Assembly: GCF_009914755.1 (NCBI RefSeq)
Contig: NC_060930.1
DNA from: the human T2T-CHM13v2.0 reference genome, Homo sapiens
Direction: 5' to 3' (one strand)
Length of the DNA stretch: 64,000 nucleotides
Shown here: positions 1 to 14,429 of the stretch, piece by piece
Position numbering within the stretch: position 1 is the first letter of the stretch
Layout of the letters: every line of letters begins with the position of its first letter
The notes under the pieces: generated by a model
Seen by the model: only the letters and a program-made list of their open reading frames with translations
What the model was told of the DNA's origin: nothing
The model's database searches: none
Position numbers and translations under genes: made by a program

Positions 1-76
1 CTCCTGGGCTCAAGCACTCCTCCTGCCTCAGTCTCCAGAATAGCTGCAACTGCAGGCACGTGCCACCACACCCAGC
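1..76 (-). mobile_element. Alu or Alu-monomer fragment cut by the window edge
   Basis: ctcctgggctcaagc...cctcagtctcc...gccaccacacccagc. Confidence 0.75.
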
Positions 77-535
77 ACAAGTACCCTCATTTAACCAGGT
101 TTGTTTGATCTCCAATCCGTTTGAAGAGAAAAAAATACACTACAAGACATGAAGTTCTAGCATATCTAAATTTTAAAAGCAACAATTTCTGGAATACATT
201 CTACAGTAAGGACAAAGTCACCTAATCCATTTTCTATATGTATGCTTTTAAACAGAGACCAAATGTCAACAAAGACAACCTGAGTCACTTTAAGAATCAA
301 CATAATTATAATTATGTGTCCGGAGCTGACCTGAGGCAGAAACAGAACTAATTTCTACACTTTACATCATTTTCTGTGGAATCCTCAACTAATCAAAATA
401 TGAAATCATGATTTTCCAAAAAATCCTGTTAACCCAGAATTTCATGTGTTCCTGAAAAGCTCTGAAATTACACCAAACCCTGCCCAAGTTGTTTTCATTC
501 CTAAAAGTAATGTACAATGAAAACATTGGACTTAC

Positions 536-668
536 TCAGATTTGCTGTCATGGATTCTAAGTCTGCGATTAAAGCTGGGAGCTGCTGGAGCTGCTCTTGC
601 AGCTCCACGAGGCTTGTCTTTTTCTTCTCCCAGTGCGCAGAAAGCATGACCACCTCGCTATCCACCAG
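536..668 (-). CDS. DTNBP1: DTNBP1 exon 5 (133 nt), coiled-coil region; the gene continues beyond the window
   Basis: ctgcag|CTG GTG GAT AGC GAG GTG GTC ATG...GCA AAT CTG A|gtaagt = LVDSEVVMLSAHWEKKKTSLVELQEQLQQLPALIADLESMTANL. Met82 ATG at 647-645. Gln103 codon (584-582) is intact CAG. Confidence 0.97.
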
Positions 669-1591
669 CTGCAGCACACAAGAAGGGGGGTAAAGTGAAA
701 CCAGGTTTTAGGCACAAAGAAAGTACAGTTAACGTAATGAGATTTAATGTTATCTTTAACAACCCCTCTACTCAGTAGAGATTACGGTACATTCTAAAAG
801 AGACTGAAGTTGTTTTCATTTTTAGAAAAGAAACAACTTAATATTCAGTGCAGGAAACCTCCAATTACTGCTTGTATCAGTGCATCTTAACCCACAGAAG
901 AGAAAGTTTAAAAATGACTTCAGAAGTCACTTCTAAGTATACCCTGTTTTAAGCAGACCATGTATTTGAAAAGCTAAATCTAGAAAAAAAAAAAACAAAA
1001 ACAAAAAACTACCACTAACAACCAAAAAGAAAACAAACATAAAACATAATTAACGGGTAATTATTGGCTTTACGAAAGGAAGTCTTCAAAGAAAAGTTCC
1101 CTAATACATTTAGAATATACCATGTTTCAATTTACATTTAAACAGGAATACTTATTGCATAAAGTATATAAAGGAATTTTGAGGAAACTGGCCAATTCCA
1201 GAATTCCAGAAAAAGAGGAAATGATTTAAGTTAATGAGGAATTCAGCAGATGTAAAGGGTTCCTAATAGCAAGGTTGTGAAATTCTAGAATAGCCTAAGA
1301 TAATTCTAACTTCTTTTGCTAAAGACTATAAAGAAAATGACAGACATTAGTTTCTCCCAGACAATTCTGTTTTGGTCTTAACATAGTGGGAGGGACAAGG
1401 GCCTAGAAAGACTTAGAAGGAGCAAGAAGAGGTGATCTTTTGAAAATATCAACATGAATAAGCAAGAACTGTGGAAAAAACTCCATAATCTGTACGATAA
1501 AAAATAAAGGTAACAAAACCCATTATATGACAGAAGAAAATGAATTTGAGTATTCAAAACAGACAATTTGTACATCTCAAGATTAAGGTTC

Positions 1592-1922
<331 letters not shown>

Positions 1923-2819
1923 TAGAATCTGAATACAACTGATTCTTACTAAGTTCCACTTAATAAATTAAGAAAGAACTTTGGAGGAATGAATATATCA
2001 AAGATACAAAATTATTTGTATGTAGTACTAGATTGTTTTTGTTCGTACATTTCACTATAGTAGGAATTCTCATTTGAAATAAAGAACTAAGCTATGACAC
2101 ATCTCCCTGTGGTTTCTCAGCCCACGCTGGAGGGATAAACACATAATCTCTCACATTCAAGCCTCAACTGAGCTGGGAGGCCACACCAAGTTTCACGCAA
2201 ACCGCATTTCTCATTATTTTTGTGTATTTAAAAATGTCTGTTGCCAACTGGTCTTTAAAAAAAATCTTTAAAAGTAGCTTAAAACATACTGAAAAAACAG
2301 CTAAAATGCAGTAAGGAAACCAAAGCTTGAAACAAGGATCTATGTTCACAAAATTCATTTATAATATTCCACAAACTTCCACTGACCACCCACTATTTGC
2401 TAAGCCCTATTTTGGATACTGAAGATGTAATGATTCCTGCCCTCTTATTGTTTATACTTCAGTGGCAGCCCTCATAAATTCTCTTAACTTCAGATTTTAA
2501 ACTCTAAAAAAAAAAATTCCTATATTATGGGCTATTTTGGTTTCTAATTTGAAAACTCTAGAATAAATAATTTTAGATATTAAAAATTACATATTAACCA
2601 TTTCTTACTGAAAATTAAAGTGCAATGTTTAAATATTGAAATTTAACTACAGTTTAGTTCATACCTGCAATAAAACTGAAAATTAAATTCTGAATATAGA
2701 ATATAAGCATATGTAGAAAAACTATATCAGAAAACACTAAACTATCATTTAAAAGAATGGAAGGGTAAACAGATTCTCAGAAATTATCAATAATTATCAA
2801 TAATTATACAATACTAAAA

Positions 2820-3040
2820 CATTTTGAACATTTTCTAAATACCAGACCCTGTGCTAAGTAATTTACATATATTATCTCATTTAAACCACACAGCAACTCT
2901 ATACACTAAGCAATATTATAACCTCCATTATACAGATTTTAAAAATTGAGGTGTAATGAAGTTAAGTTACTTCCTTAAGGACCACAGTGGACTTAGATTC
3001 CATCCCAGGGAATTTGACAGTAAGCCTATGCCCTTAATCA
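2820..3040 (-). mobile_element. MIR
   Basis: Degenerate MIR core (tgtgctaagt...ttatctcatttaa...tacagatt...aattgaggt...gttaag). Confidence 0.55.
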
Positions 3041-3828
3041 ACCTACTAGGGATTGTGCTATAGGGGTATATAAAGGGAAGAAGAAAAGTAAAAATCTAGC
3101 AAAAGAAACGGTTCTGAAAAACTGTACTGTTACCTATTCATTTTATCATGTGTAATTTCTTAATGATTAAAAAAAGCTATCTCCGGAAGTTCAATTTTTC
3201 CACCTCGAAGTAACTCAGAATAAACCAAGATTCACCCCCAGGAAATTAAGTTTAAGGAGCAAGACAAACCCATAGTGCTTTATTCCAAAATTCTTTCTGG
3301 ATATTGAGGTTAGGAGAAGGAAGAAAAAGCACACCAATGATGAAAAGGTACACCAATGATGTAGAATAGGATCTTAGTATAAAACTCAGCAGTTCAGAGT
3401 TTTAAGGAACACTTCATTTTATTTGATTTCCACACAAGTTTGATAAGCAGAATAAGTAGTGTTAAGCCATTTTATAGATGAGAAAACTAAGAGAGGCCAT
3501 GTTATCTGCCCAAGGTCAACAGGTATTTGTGCAGCAAGGAGCAGAAACCAGGATTTCCAACACTACGTTCAGTTCACTTTCTGACAGTGAAACAGTCAAA
3601 TTCAACTGGCTTAATGTCAAACTGTTAAACAAAACCATGAATCTTGAAAGTTCAATTTGAAGGCAAGCTAATATTTCACAATAACAGGAGAGGCAAAACA
3701 CTGAAAGTCTAACTTTAGAAAACTGCCCTCAGAGTTTAAGCCCTAAGTATTAACTATTTATGGTATTTTTTTAATACACTGCTAAAGGAGAAAAAAAATC
3801 GAAACCCTTATTTAGAAAAAGCCTAGAC

Positions 3829-4152
<324 letters not shown>

Positions 4153-4559
4153 TCACAGTTGCTTGTTTTATAAACTATTGCTCTGAATTCTAAGACTATA
4201 TAGTTATAATAATTAGCTTTAAAGTAGATGAGTATAAAATAATTTGTTAAACAAGATGGAATTGTCCAAAAGTATATTTGCCCCAGGAGGTTATGCTGGT
4301 AAAGCCCACCAAAGACACATGAGCGGTCTGACAAAATAAATTTACAAAATGACAAGTTTAATACTATGCATACTAAAGATATACATTTAAATATTTACAT
4401 ATATCTCAATAATACACCACAGAAGGCTTTAAAATAAACTTTCATTTTTAAGGCTGGGTACTGTTTCTGCAAAGCAACATAAGTACTTTTGATGAGCTGT
4501 GGGTTTTACAATAACCAATTATACAAAAATTTAAGATCCTGAGGTAGCACAAATTCAAT

Positions 4560-6050
4560 AACACATCTGACAGGAAATTCTTTCTCCTGTATATATTGTT
4601 AATGCTTCTAATAATCAAAAGAATGATTGTTGTTAAAGCTCCTCTATAGGACACAGTCTTCATTTAACATGGGATTCATACATATTGATACATATAGGTG
4701 TAGTAGTTCACTAATTTTCACTGCTGTATACGGTATTTATTTTATGAATAATACCACACTTTTCCCTGCAGATGGACTTCGGAACTGTCCAAAGATTAAA
4801 CCAAGCTTGCTACAAACATTCTGGTACAAATCTCAAGGTGCACATGTGCAAGGGTTTCACAAATGAATTGCAGATGTGTCCAAGATATCCATCTCCTCAT
4901 TGCCCAGGGCCTAGGGTAATGAGATCCCCCTCCCCAGCCCCTGCAGGTTGGATGTAATGCTCTGGAAAAATTCCTAGAAGCAGAATTGTTGCTTGAAAGG
5001 CATGTGCAACTTTAACTTCTACTTAATGCCAACTCATTTTTTCTAACGTGATTGTTCTAATTTATACTCCCAAGTTCTAGTTGTTTATCATCACATTTCT
5101 TCCGAGGAAAGAAACAAAACTGTCATCTGCAAATAATGACCATCTGCACAGAAAGCTCAAGCTTCTTAAATTTTTGGTAATCTAATGAGTGAAAATTTGG
5201 GGTTTCAATTTGCATTTCCTTGATACCAAGCAAGGTTGAACATATTTTACTGTGTACTGGCCATTCCTGTTTTCTCTTCTGCAATATGCCTGCTGATATC
5301 TTTTACTCACTTTTCTCCTAGGTTATTTTCATCCTCTTTTTATTGGTTTATAGGGGTTATTCATATTTTCTGAACACTTAGCCTCTGTCTTATAAATCAC
5401 TTAATTTTTCACGGTGTTGTTTGATTAAAAAAAGTTTTGACAAAAATTATCAATGTACTTATTTATGGCTGGTGCTTTTTATATCTTACTTAAGAAATCT
5501 TTCCCACCCTAAGGTCTTAAACATATTCTCTTCTACCATTTTCCAAAAAATGTATAGTTTTCCTTTTCACATTTAAATCTAATGAAGCCAAAATGTGAAC
5601 AAGGTCTTCAACTATTTTTATTCAACATTATACTAGAGTTTCTACCCAGTATAAGAAACATGAAAAATTAAAAGTTGTATGGCTTAGAAGGAAAGAAACA
5701 AACTTACCATCTACCCAAAACAACTCGCACCCCCAAATACAAAGTAATAGAATAAGAGAATTTAGCAAGATGGCCGAATATGGGATTAAAATACTGCAAG
5801 TCAAACACTGCAGGTTTTTGGTAGATATCAGGACAAAGAAGCTGTCTTCCATTAAAAATTTGCTAAAACTTTTTACCCTGAATAGGTATTTAATTTTATG
5901 AAATGTATTTTCTGCATCTGACGATCATTTTCACTTTTAATACTTAAGAGTCAATTGCATGTAAAAGATTTTCTAATGTCAAGTTAACCTTTTAATTCTG
6001 GAATAAACTAAGTGTATTTTGTTTTTTATACATTGCTGGATTTGGTTTGC
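4560..6050. mobile_element. Old L1M(E) fragments in mixed orientation
   Basis: Antisense 3'-end motifs (gtttcaatttgcatttccttgat; taagaaatctttccc) interleaved with sense ORF2 pieces (ttcaacattatactagag...aatttagcaagatggc). Confidence 0.55.
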
Positions 6051-6055
6051 CACCA

Positions 6056-7260
6056 TAGGCATACATTGAAGAATGTCTCCCAGGTAGAATGCCTTTTATT
6101 ATCCAATATTCATAAGCCTTGCAAATATCAATAGCAAGTTTTATATATATAGGAAAACTTTATATTTAAGCTTGATACACATTTTAAAACAACGTGTGAG
6201 TAGATTCTCGAATTGCATTTCAAATACAATTGTTAGAACATCATAATTGTTAGAAATTTAAATTGTCTACACACTGAGGCTGTATGAACAGAGTATCGAC
6301 AGCTAATATGCATGGCTTATATGTGTCCAGCATGGAGACGCCAAGTTACTGCACACAAGCAACTGTTAATTAACATTGTTTTCATGCCCACTAACGCAAC
6401 ATCCATTCTGTAGCCTGTGAATTAAGGAGTCATATCAACTTTTAAGTGTTATTGTTTAAGAAACACATTTTATAAGGTTATAGCTGCCATAGATAGAAGT
6501 TCCTTCAATTGATCTGAGCAAACTAAATTGAAAATCTCCTGGAAAGAATACACTATTCTAGATGCCATCACACAACATTCATGACTCATGGGAGGAAATC
6601 AAAATACCAACATTAACAGGAGTTTGGAAGAAATTGATTCCAACCCTCATGGATGGCTTTGAGGGGTTCAAGGCTTCAGAAGTAACTCCAAATGCGGTAA
6701 AAATAGCAAGAGAACTCGAATTAGAAGTGGAGCTTGAAGATGTGACTGAATTGCCACAATCTCATGATCAAGCATGAATGGATGAGGAGTTGATTGACTC
6801 CAATTTTGAAAGAAGTTCTACTATGGGTAAAATGCTATCAAACAGCATTGCATGCTACAGAGGAATCTTTTGTGAAAGGAAGAGTCAATAGATGCAGCAA
6901 ACTTCATCGCTGTCTTATTCAAGAAATTGCCACAACCACCCCAACCTTCAGTAACCACCACCCTGATCAGTCGGCAGCTATAAACATTAAAAAAAAACAA
7001 ACAAAACTCTCAACCAGAAAAAAGGTTATGATTCACTGAAGGCTCAGGCAATTGTCAGCATTTTTTAAGCAATACAGTATTTTTTATTTAAGGTATTATA
7101 TTGCTTTTTTAGACATACTTAATAGACAATGGTATAGTATAAACATAACTTTTATATGCACTAAGAAACTAAAAAATTTGTGTGACTTGCTTTCTGGCAA
7201 TATTGGCTTTATTGCAGTGGTCTGGAACCAAATTGACAATATTTCTGAGGTATGCCCATA
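6056..7260 (+). mobile_element. Tigger1 DNA transposon, internally deleted
   Basis: ORF 6562-6777 (NIHDSWEEIKIPTLTGVWKKLIPTLMDGFEGFK...IARELELEVELEDVTEL) matches the Tigger1/TIGD1-type transposase C-terminus. Right TIR-like ctgaggtatgccca at ~7245-7258, left TIR-like taggcatacattgaaga at ~6056. Confidence 0.85.
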
Positions 7261-7505
7261 CATTCAATCTTTCTGTGTCCTATGTTCTAGGTGTTTCTCT
7301 TGTCAGTAACTTATAAACTATTAATAGACTTTTCCTCGTCTTTCAAAATATGCCCTTTAGATTAATCTAGATTAATCATTTAAAAATATTGAGGCTGCAG
7401 ATATATTCACATTTACCATCTTATTCTGTTTATTCTACTGTTATGCATTTTCCTCTGGTTTCTTGTCATCTTTTGCATTGACTGAATTCTTTCTCATTGT
7501 TCTAG

Positions 7506-7842
<337 letters not shown>

Positions 7843-8306
7843 TGAAATTCTGCCCTCCATAATTAACTTTTAAAAGTGAGGTTAATCAATATCAATACAT
7901 TTCCCCCAAATAATACGGAAGTGTTAGAATGCTTGAACGCTGATAATCTGCCTTCCATCTTACATGCTTTGTTATCTAGCATTATTCTTCTATCATTTTA
8001 ACCCCACAAATTAGATAACTAATATATATGTCCCACTGTTTAGATTTATCTATGTTTACCATTTTCTCTGCTCACTATTCCTTCCTACATCTCAGACCCA
8101 TCTTCTAAAATGAGTTTCCTTTTTTCCTGAATTACATTCTTTAGAAGTTCTTTTATTGGACGATTGCTGATAGAAAAATGTTTTTATCTGAGTATGTCTT
8201 GCTTTTACTCTAATTCTTGACAACAGTTTGAAAAGTCTGCTGTGGAACTCATTCATTTATAAGTGATCTATCTTCTCTCTAGTTAAGATCTTCTCCTCTC
8301 CTTTAG

Positions 8307-8610
<304 letters not shown>

Positions 8611-8787
8611 CTGGGTTCTGTAGCTCCAGTATGAGGTGTCTAGGAATGGATTATTATCTTGCTTGCTTGTTGTACTTTCTGGATCTGAGGATTTACATAT
8701 CTCATTTATGGAAAATTCTCAGACATGTTTTTCCTACACTGTCTTTCCCTCATGCTCTTTCTAGAACTATTTAGGTTTACTGGATAT

Positions 8788-8868
8788 GTTGGGCTAACTC
8801 ATATGAAACTGCAATTTTACAGATAAAAATTCATCGAATATTGGCAATCTCACCTGGTTCAACCTAAA
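8788..8868. mobile_element. MADE2-like mariner MITE
   Basis: About 80-bp degenerate palindrome: ...aactcatatgaaactgc...tcgaatattggcaatctcacctggttcaacctaa. Confidence 0.6.
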
Positions 8869-9351
8869 GACCTTTTATAAGTATTCTCTGCCTATCAATT
8901 CTTCTTTCATATTTTCCATTTTCTTTCTGAGATCCTTTCTGTGTACTCTTTGACTCTCTCTTGTACCTCACTATTTCTTCAGCTGCCTCAAATTGCTGTT
9001 AAGCACATCTTTTGGGTTTGTAATTTCAATGACTTTAAAATATTTGATAGTGCCTTCTTCCTTACTCACGTTTAAGTCCATCTTTTATCTCTTGAAAGAT
9101 TTTATATATAACTATTTAACAGTCAATATTCAATAGTGCAGTATCTACAGTCCTTTATGGGTCTAAATCTCACACTTTGGTTCTGGTGACTCAAACTTTT
9201 GGTGGTTTACTTGTGTGATTGCTAACATTTTGAGGACAGGGAGCCTGATTTAATCTGTGGAAATCTGAGGGACCTAGGTTTAGACAGTTTCATCCATGGA
9301 GAATTTGCATTTGTTTTTGTTGGGTGTCAAAGAACACAAATTACCTGCACC

Positions 9352-9649
9352 TTTTTTTTTTTTTTTTGAGACAGAGTTTCTCTCTGTCACCCAGGCTGGA
9401 GTGCAATGGTGCAATCTTGGCTCACCGTAACCTCCGCCTCCCAGGTTGAAGCGATTCTTCTGCCTCAGCCTCCCGAGTAGTTGGGATTACAGGCATGAGC
9501 CACCACGCCCAGCTAATTTTTGTATTTTTATTAGAGATGGGGTTTCACCATGTTGGCCAGGCTAGTCTCAAACTCCCGACCTCAGGTAATCCACCCACCT
9601 TGGCCTCCCAAAGTGCTGGGATTACAGGTGTGAGCCACCGTGCCCAGCC
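9352..9649 (-). mobile_element. AluS
   Basis: Poly-T followed by an antisense dimer. Confidence 0.93.
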
Positions 9650-10942
9650 AACTCTTTCATTTCTTAACTTAGAGGTTCTTTGATCAGGCAGGAAATATAA
9701 CTTAGAACCCCATACTCCTATGAGGCCAATACCATGGTAACAAATCAAGAAACGAGGCTATGCCAACTTCTTAGGAAGCCAGACAGGTTTCCTTGTTGAC
9801 TCCTTTAGCCAACAGGTACATTTTTTTTCCCCCTAGCTTAAGCTTTCACCAGGGGGATGTAGCCACCTCAAAGTCCAAAGAGCTTTATCAAAAGTCTCAG
9901 ATTCAGATCCCCACAGACAAAGTCTCCTATTCCCACAAATCTCCAAAGCTTTTGTTTTAGTATTTTGATCCCGACTTCCATGTTTTGTTTTGTTTTGTTT
10001 TAATGACTCTGATTTCAGTTCCCTGTTCTGTTTTGTTGTGTTGTTGTTGTTGTTGGCCCTTTATGTTTCCCTTAATTTTTGTGGGCTTAATGTATCTTAA
10101 AGAACTTTTAAAAAATATATCCAACATTTAAGTGTTTTATAGCTGTAGGGCTTTTCAAAGTATCTATTCTGCCTTACTACCAGAAACCTACATTTTCTTC
10201 TTATCAGTAAGTTCTAAGAGAAATGCTAGTGTCTACATTTCATCATATATATTCCTGTGTTGTATATAACTATTACAGCTTCATTAATTTAGGTAAATGG
10301 TAAAGAAAATCAGTCTAAATTTATTTAAAGTCAGAATTACAGAAATCATTTCAGAAAAAAATAAGGTTTGATTGACATCAACAACATTGAGGAGAGTATT
10401 CGATTTTGGCTATGTACATTTACCAAGTCATTTAAATTACAAGACACTAGTGCTTAAAAATACTTTGTTCTTCTAAGTGAACTGAGGATGACCCCTGAAA
10501 TTTTTGTATTTATTTGTTAGGCAAATTAATAATTTTGGATAGACTGAGCAAAGTTAAGTTTTTTTGACCAAATAATAAGGAATTCTTAAATAGTGTAGAA
10601 AGAGATGTCTTATATAGGGTATAAAGAGATGTCTTATAATTTACATATATTGCAAATTCATCAGACTAAAATTCAGAGCATTATATCTACATAAAACAAG
10701 TATTTACCTGTCCTTAGAATAAAAGTTATAAACTCTCTTGCTCAACTAAACTAAATTACTTGACAGAGAAATGATAAAAAGGTGCTTTATTCAGGGAGTT
10801 TCATAATCAACGACTAGATTCAATTTCAGATATCCTGCAAAACATTTTGACACAAACAATTATAAATTCAATTTTTAAAAAATACCATTTAGCACTGAAA
10901 AAGGAAAGTTTGCCACGAGTATAAGATTAGTCAATTCTTTAC

Positions 10943-11003
10943 CTCTCCAGCACTTGCACAGTCTTTGGCTCTTCTGTGAAGTGCAGCCCATGTATCCTCA
11001 TAC
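10943..11003 (-). CDS. DTNBP1: DTNBP1 exon 4 (61 nt)
   Basis: ttttag|G TAT GAG GAT ACA TGG GCT GCA CTT CAC AGA AGA GCC AAA GAC TGT GCA AGT GCT GGA GAG|gtaaag = (R)YEDTWAALHRRAKDCASAGE. Trp59 codon (10990-10988) is intact TGG. Confidence 0.97.
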
Positions 11004-11270
11004 CTAAAAAAAAGCAAAAAATAATTTGAAATGCAAACCACACATTAAAAGGAAATACTATCTAAAGATGAATGTGGAATATCCTGTGGTGCTAGAAAGG
11101 AAACACTCAAAAAATAATGGGGACATGTTGCAAGGACACAGACGTCAACTTGACAGAGCTTCCAGTGGCCAAATCTGTGACAATTTGAGCAACAAAATAC
11201 ATAATGGTAGTAACAGATTATAACTCAAAGAATACAATATCCCTGAGTCCATGGTGATGTAAATAATTGA

Positions 11271-11665
<395 letters not shown>

Positions 11666-12037
11666 TAAACACAATAGTAATAATTGTTTTAAAAAGAATT
11701 TTAATGGATGATACAACTAGTGGGTAAAAGCACAAAAAGAAACAGGATATTTACACAGCCTCAAAGTATCTGCCCATTGGATAATCATTAACTAAAAGTG
11801 AGAAAACAGTGTTAACTGAGGACAAACCTGGCAGACACATCCTTAATAAAGTGATCAAAATTAATGTCAACAGTAATGAGACACATCAACATTATGTGCC
11901 TCCTGATGTGATGCACTGGGAAGGATATAACATTACTCTTCTGGTATTCTTACCAAAAAAGTACTAACTTACAGTTAATTACAAGGAAATAGAAAAATCC
12001 AAATTCATAGACATTTTGAAACATAATTGGCCAGTAC

Positions 12038-12194
12038 TTTTTTTTTTTTTTTGAGACAGGGTCTCACTCTGTCACGCGGGCTGGAGTGGTGTGATCACAG
12101 CTCACTGCAGCCTCAACCTCTTGGACTCAAGTGATCCACCCACCTCAGCCTCCCAAAGTGCTGAAATTACAGACATGAGCCACGATGCCCAGCC
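12038..12194 (-). mobile_element. Alu monomer (FAM/FRAM/J-derived)
   Basis: Single arm; TSD ttggccagtact. Confidence 0.85.
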
Positions 12195-13859
12195 TTGGCC
12201 AGTACTCTTCGAAAGTACTGAGGTCATGAAAGACAAAGACTAAAGAATTGTTCAATGTTAAAGAAGGTAAGGGAGACATTGTGACTAAATATGATGTGTG
12301 ATCCTGGATTGGATCCTAGTACAGAAAAAAGGACACTGGTGGAATAATTGATGGAATCTGAATAAGGCCTATGGATTAAGGTATTTACTAATGTTAATTT
12401 TCTGGTTTGATCATTGTACTGTGGTTATATGAAATGCTAACACTGGGAAAGCTGAAATTGCTTGTTCTATTTTTGCAATTTTTTTGTAAATCTGAAATTA
12501 TTTCAAAATGAGAAGTTAAAAAATAAAACTTCTAAACTACTATTCATTTGATTGCTGATGTAAAACCTGATTTCCCAATCTAAAATTCTAGCTATCCAGC
12601 GAATATTTCTCCAAACAGGAATACATATTTAATGAGTTCATACTGCCTCCCCTCATAGTCAGATTCACAATTTTTCTACTGAATTTAAGTAAGAAAATCA
12701 ATCTGAATAATCCAGGTGATACTAGAGTCCACATGTGATGAAAATTAAGGTGGAAGGTCACACAAATAATACAGTCCTGCTGTCATTGTTGACTAACAGA
12801 AAGCTAGAAAATTTTCTTGGATGTATCAGATTATGTAAGCATCAATTAAAATCAACAAGTATTTACTAAATGCTAAGCACTGTTAGGCACCAGAACTGCT
12901 GAGATATAAATTTTACTTTTGCATCTTTGTTATCCTGGTAGTTAGCACAGAACCTAACAAACAAGAGACACATTAAATGTCTGTTGAGTGAGGAAATAGA
13001 CTAATTATAAATTGAAAATTCAGGACTTCGTGGTAAAATTTTCTATCATTTTCTTAACTCAGTGGGAAAGAGAAAATTAATCCTCACTTGCCAAATTTAG
13101 ACTCCAGATCACTTTTCCTAACATCTCACCATTTCCTTTTCTCCCCGTTATTATGTATGCTTTTCACATCCACCTTGCCATTATACATCACCCTCCCTCA
13201 TTTCTACTTTCCTAGTTCAGCACCTAGTTCATTCATGATTTTCCTACTGTTTTCAGCATTCTCTAAACCTAGACTATCGCAACCATTCATATTCTCTGCT
13301 CTACTTTTACGACATGAAGCAGTTTGGAGAAAGGCACTAAATCCATTACAATGTATGCTATCCAACCTCGCATGGGCCTTAGCTGCCAATCAGCACTTAA
13401 AAAAAATTTATTGCTATTAGATTGTTCCCTGAAGTACACACAGCAGGTATTACACATCTCATGCCGCCTTGAAACTCATCCCCATCCAATCACTTTCAAC
13501 AGATGGATGAACTTACTCCATTTTACTGAGATAAAGACACTGGATGTAAACTCCTTCAATTTTTCTGTGTTCAAACTCAAACGTCTTTAAAAATCACAAG
13601 TCAATGATGATGAAATGAAGAAGCCACATTCATAATGTGTAATTCTTGCATTCAAATCGTTATTGAATATATTCTATGTATACCATGGGAAGACTAGTGG
13701 AAGTGTTCACAATACAGTTAGGAAGATGAACACACAGGTAAATAATTACCTTACTTGGTAGACAAAGGAAAGGACTAATTATATAGCATTAGAGCTATAG
13801 GAATATAGGAAAGTAACTGTAGACTGTGTTGTACTACACTCTTTGAAACATTATGATTT

Positions 13860-14385
13860 AGGAAATAGAGAGAAGATGTCAGAGTAAGAGGCATCTAGAA
13901 TCTGTCACCCTACCTAGACCACAATCACATTGGCAGAATCTGTCTGATGTAACTATTTTGGGACTCTAGAATCTATTAAAGGCTTGCAGCTTCCAGGGGA
14001 AGGTTTGGAGGGTAAACTGAGGTTCATTTCAGTCGACTTCAGGTTTTAGCACAATGACAGCTACCCATCCACCACCCCAACCCCTGGACAGGTAGCCATG
14101 CACTTGTTCCTGAAGTAGCTTGTACACGGCTTATGAAAGTCAAGGTGGGCCAATAAGGACCCTGTGCTCCAAACATCAGGGAGTCTGTGCTCTGATCACA
14201 ATTGCTGCTTCTAATCAGGGAGATGCAGACACAGAGGCAGCTACTGTTGCAAACCCCTCCTGCTATGGCTAGCAATTTTCAGAGGATTTAAAAGGCCAGC
14301 GTCTGGTTTTGTCCCCTTTCTTTGTTCCCCTTTCCCTCTTGGAGAGCCAGACACTTAAAGACTAGGACATTCAATAACAGATGCA
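13860..14385 (+). mobile_element. Old L1M 5'-end fragment
   Basis: aagatgtcagagtaag...cattggcagaatctgtctgatgtaactattttgggactct resembles L1M 5' UTRs. Confidence 0.55.
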
Positions 14386-14429
14386 ATTGTTTTTTGTTTT
14401 GTGGTGTGTGTGCGTGTTTTTGTTTTTGT

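Noticed and set aside
6562-7039. Transposase-like ORF as a domesticated TIGD-type gene
   Set aside because: Only a frameshifted C-terminal remnant of Tigger1; the N-terminal and catalytic regions are missing or broken.
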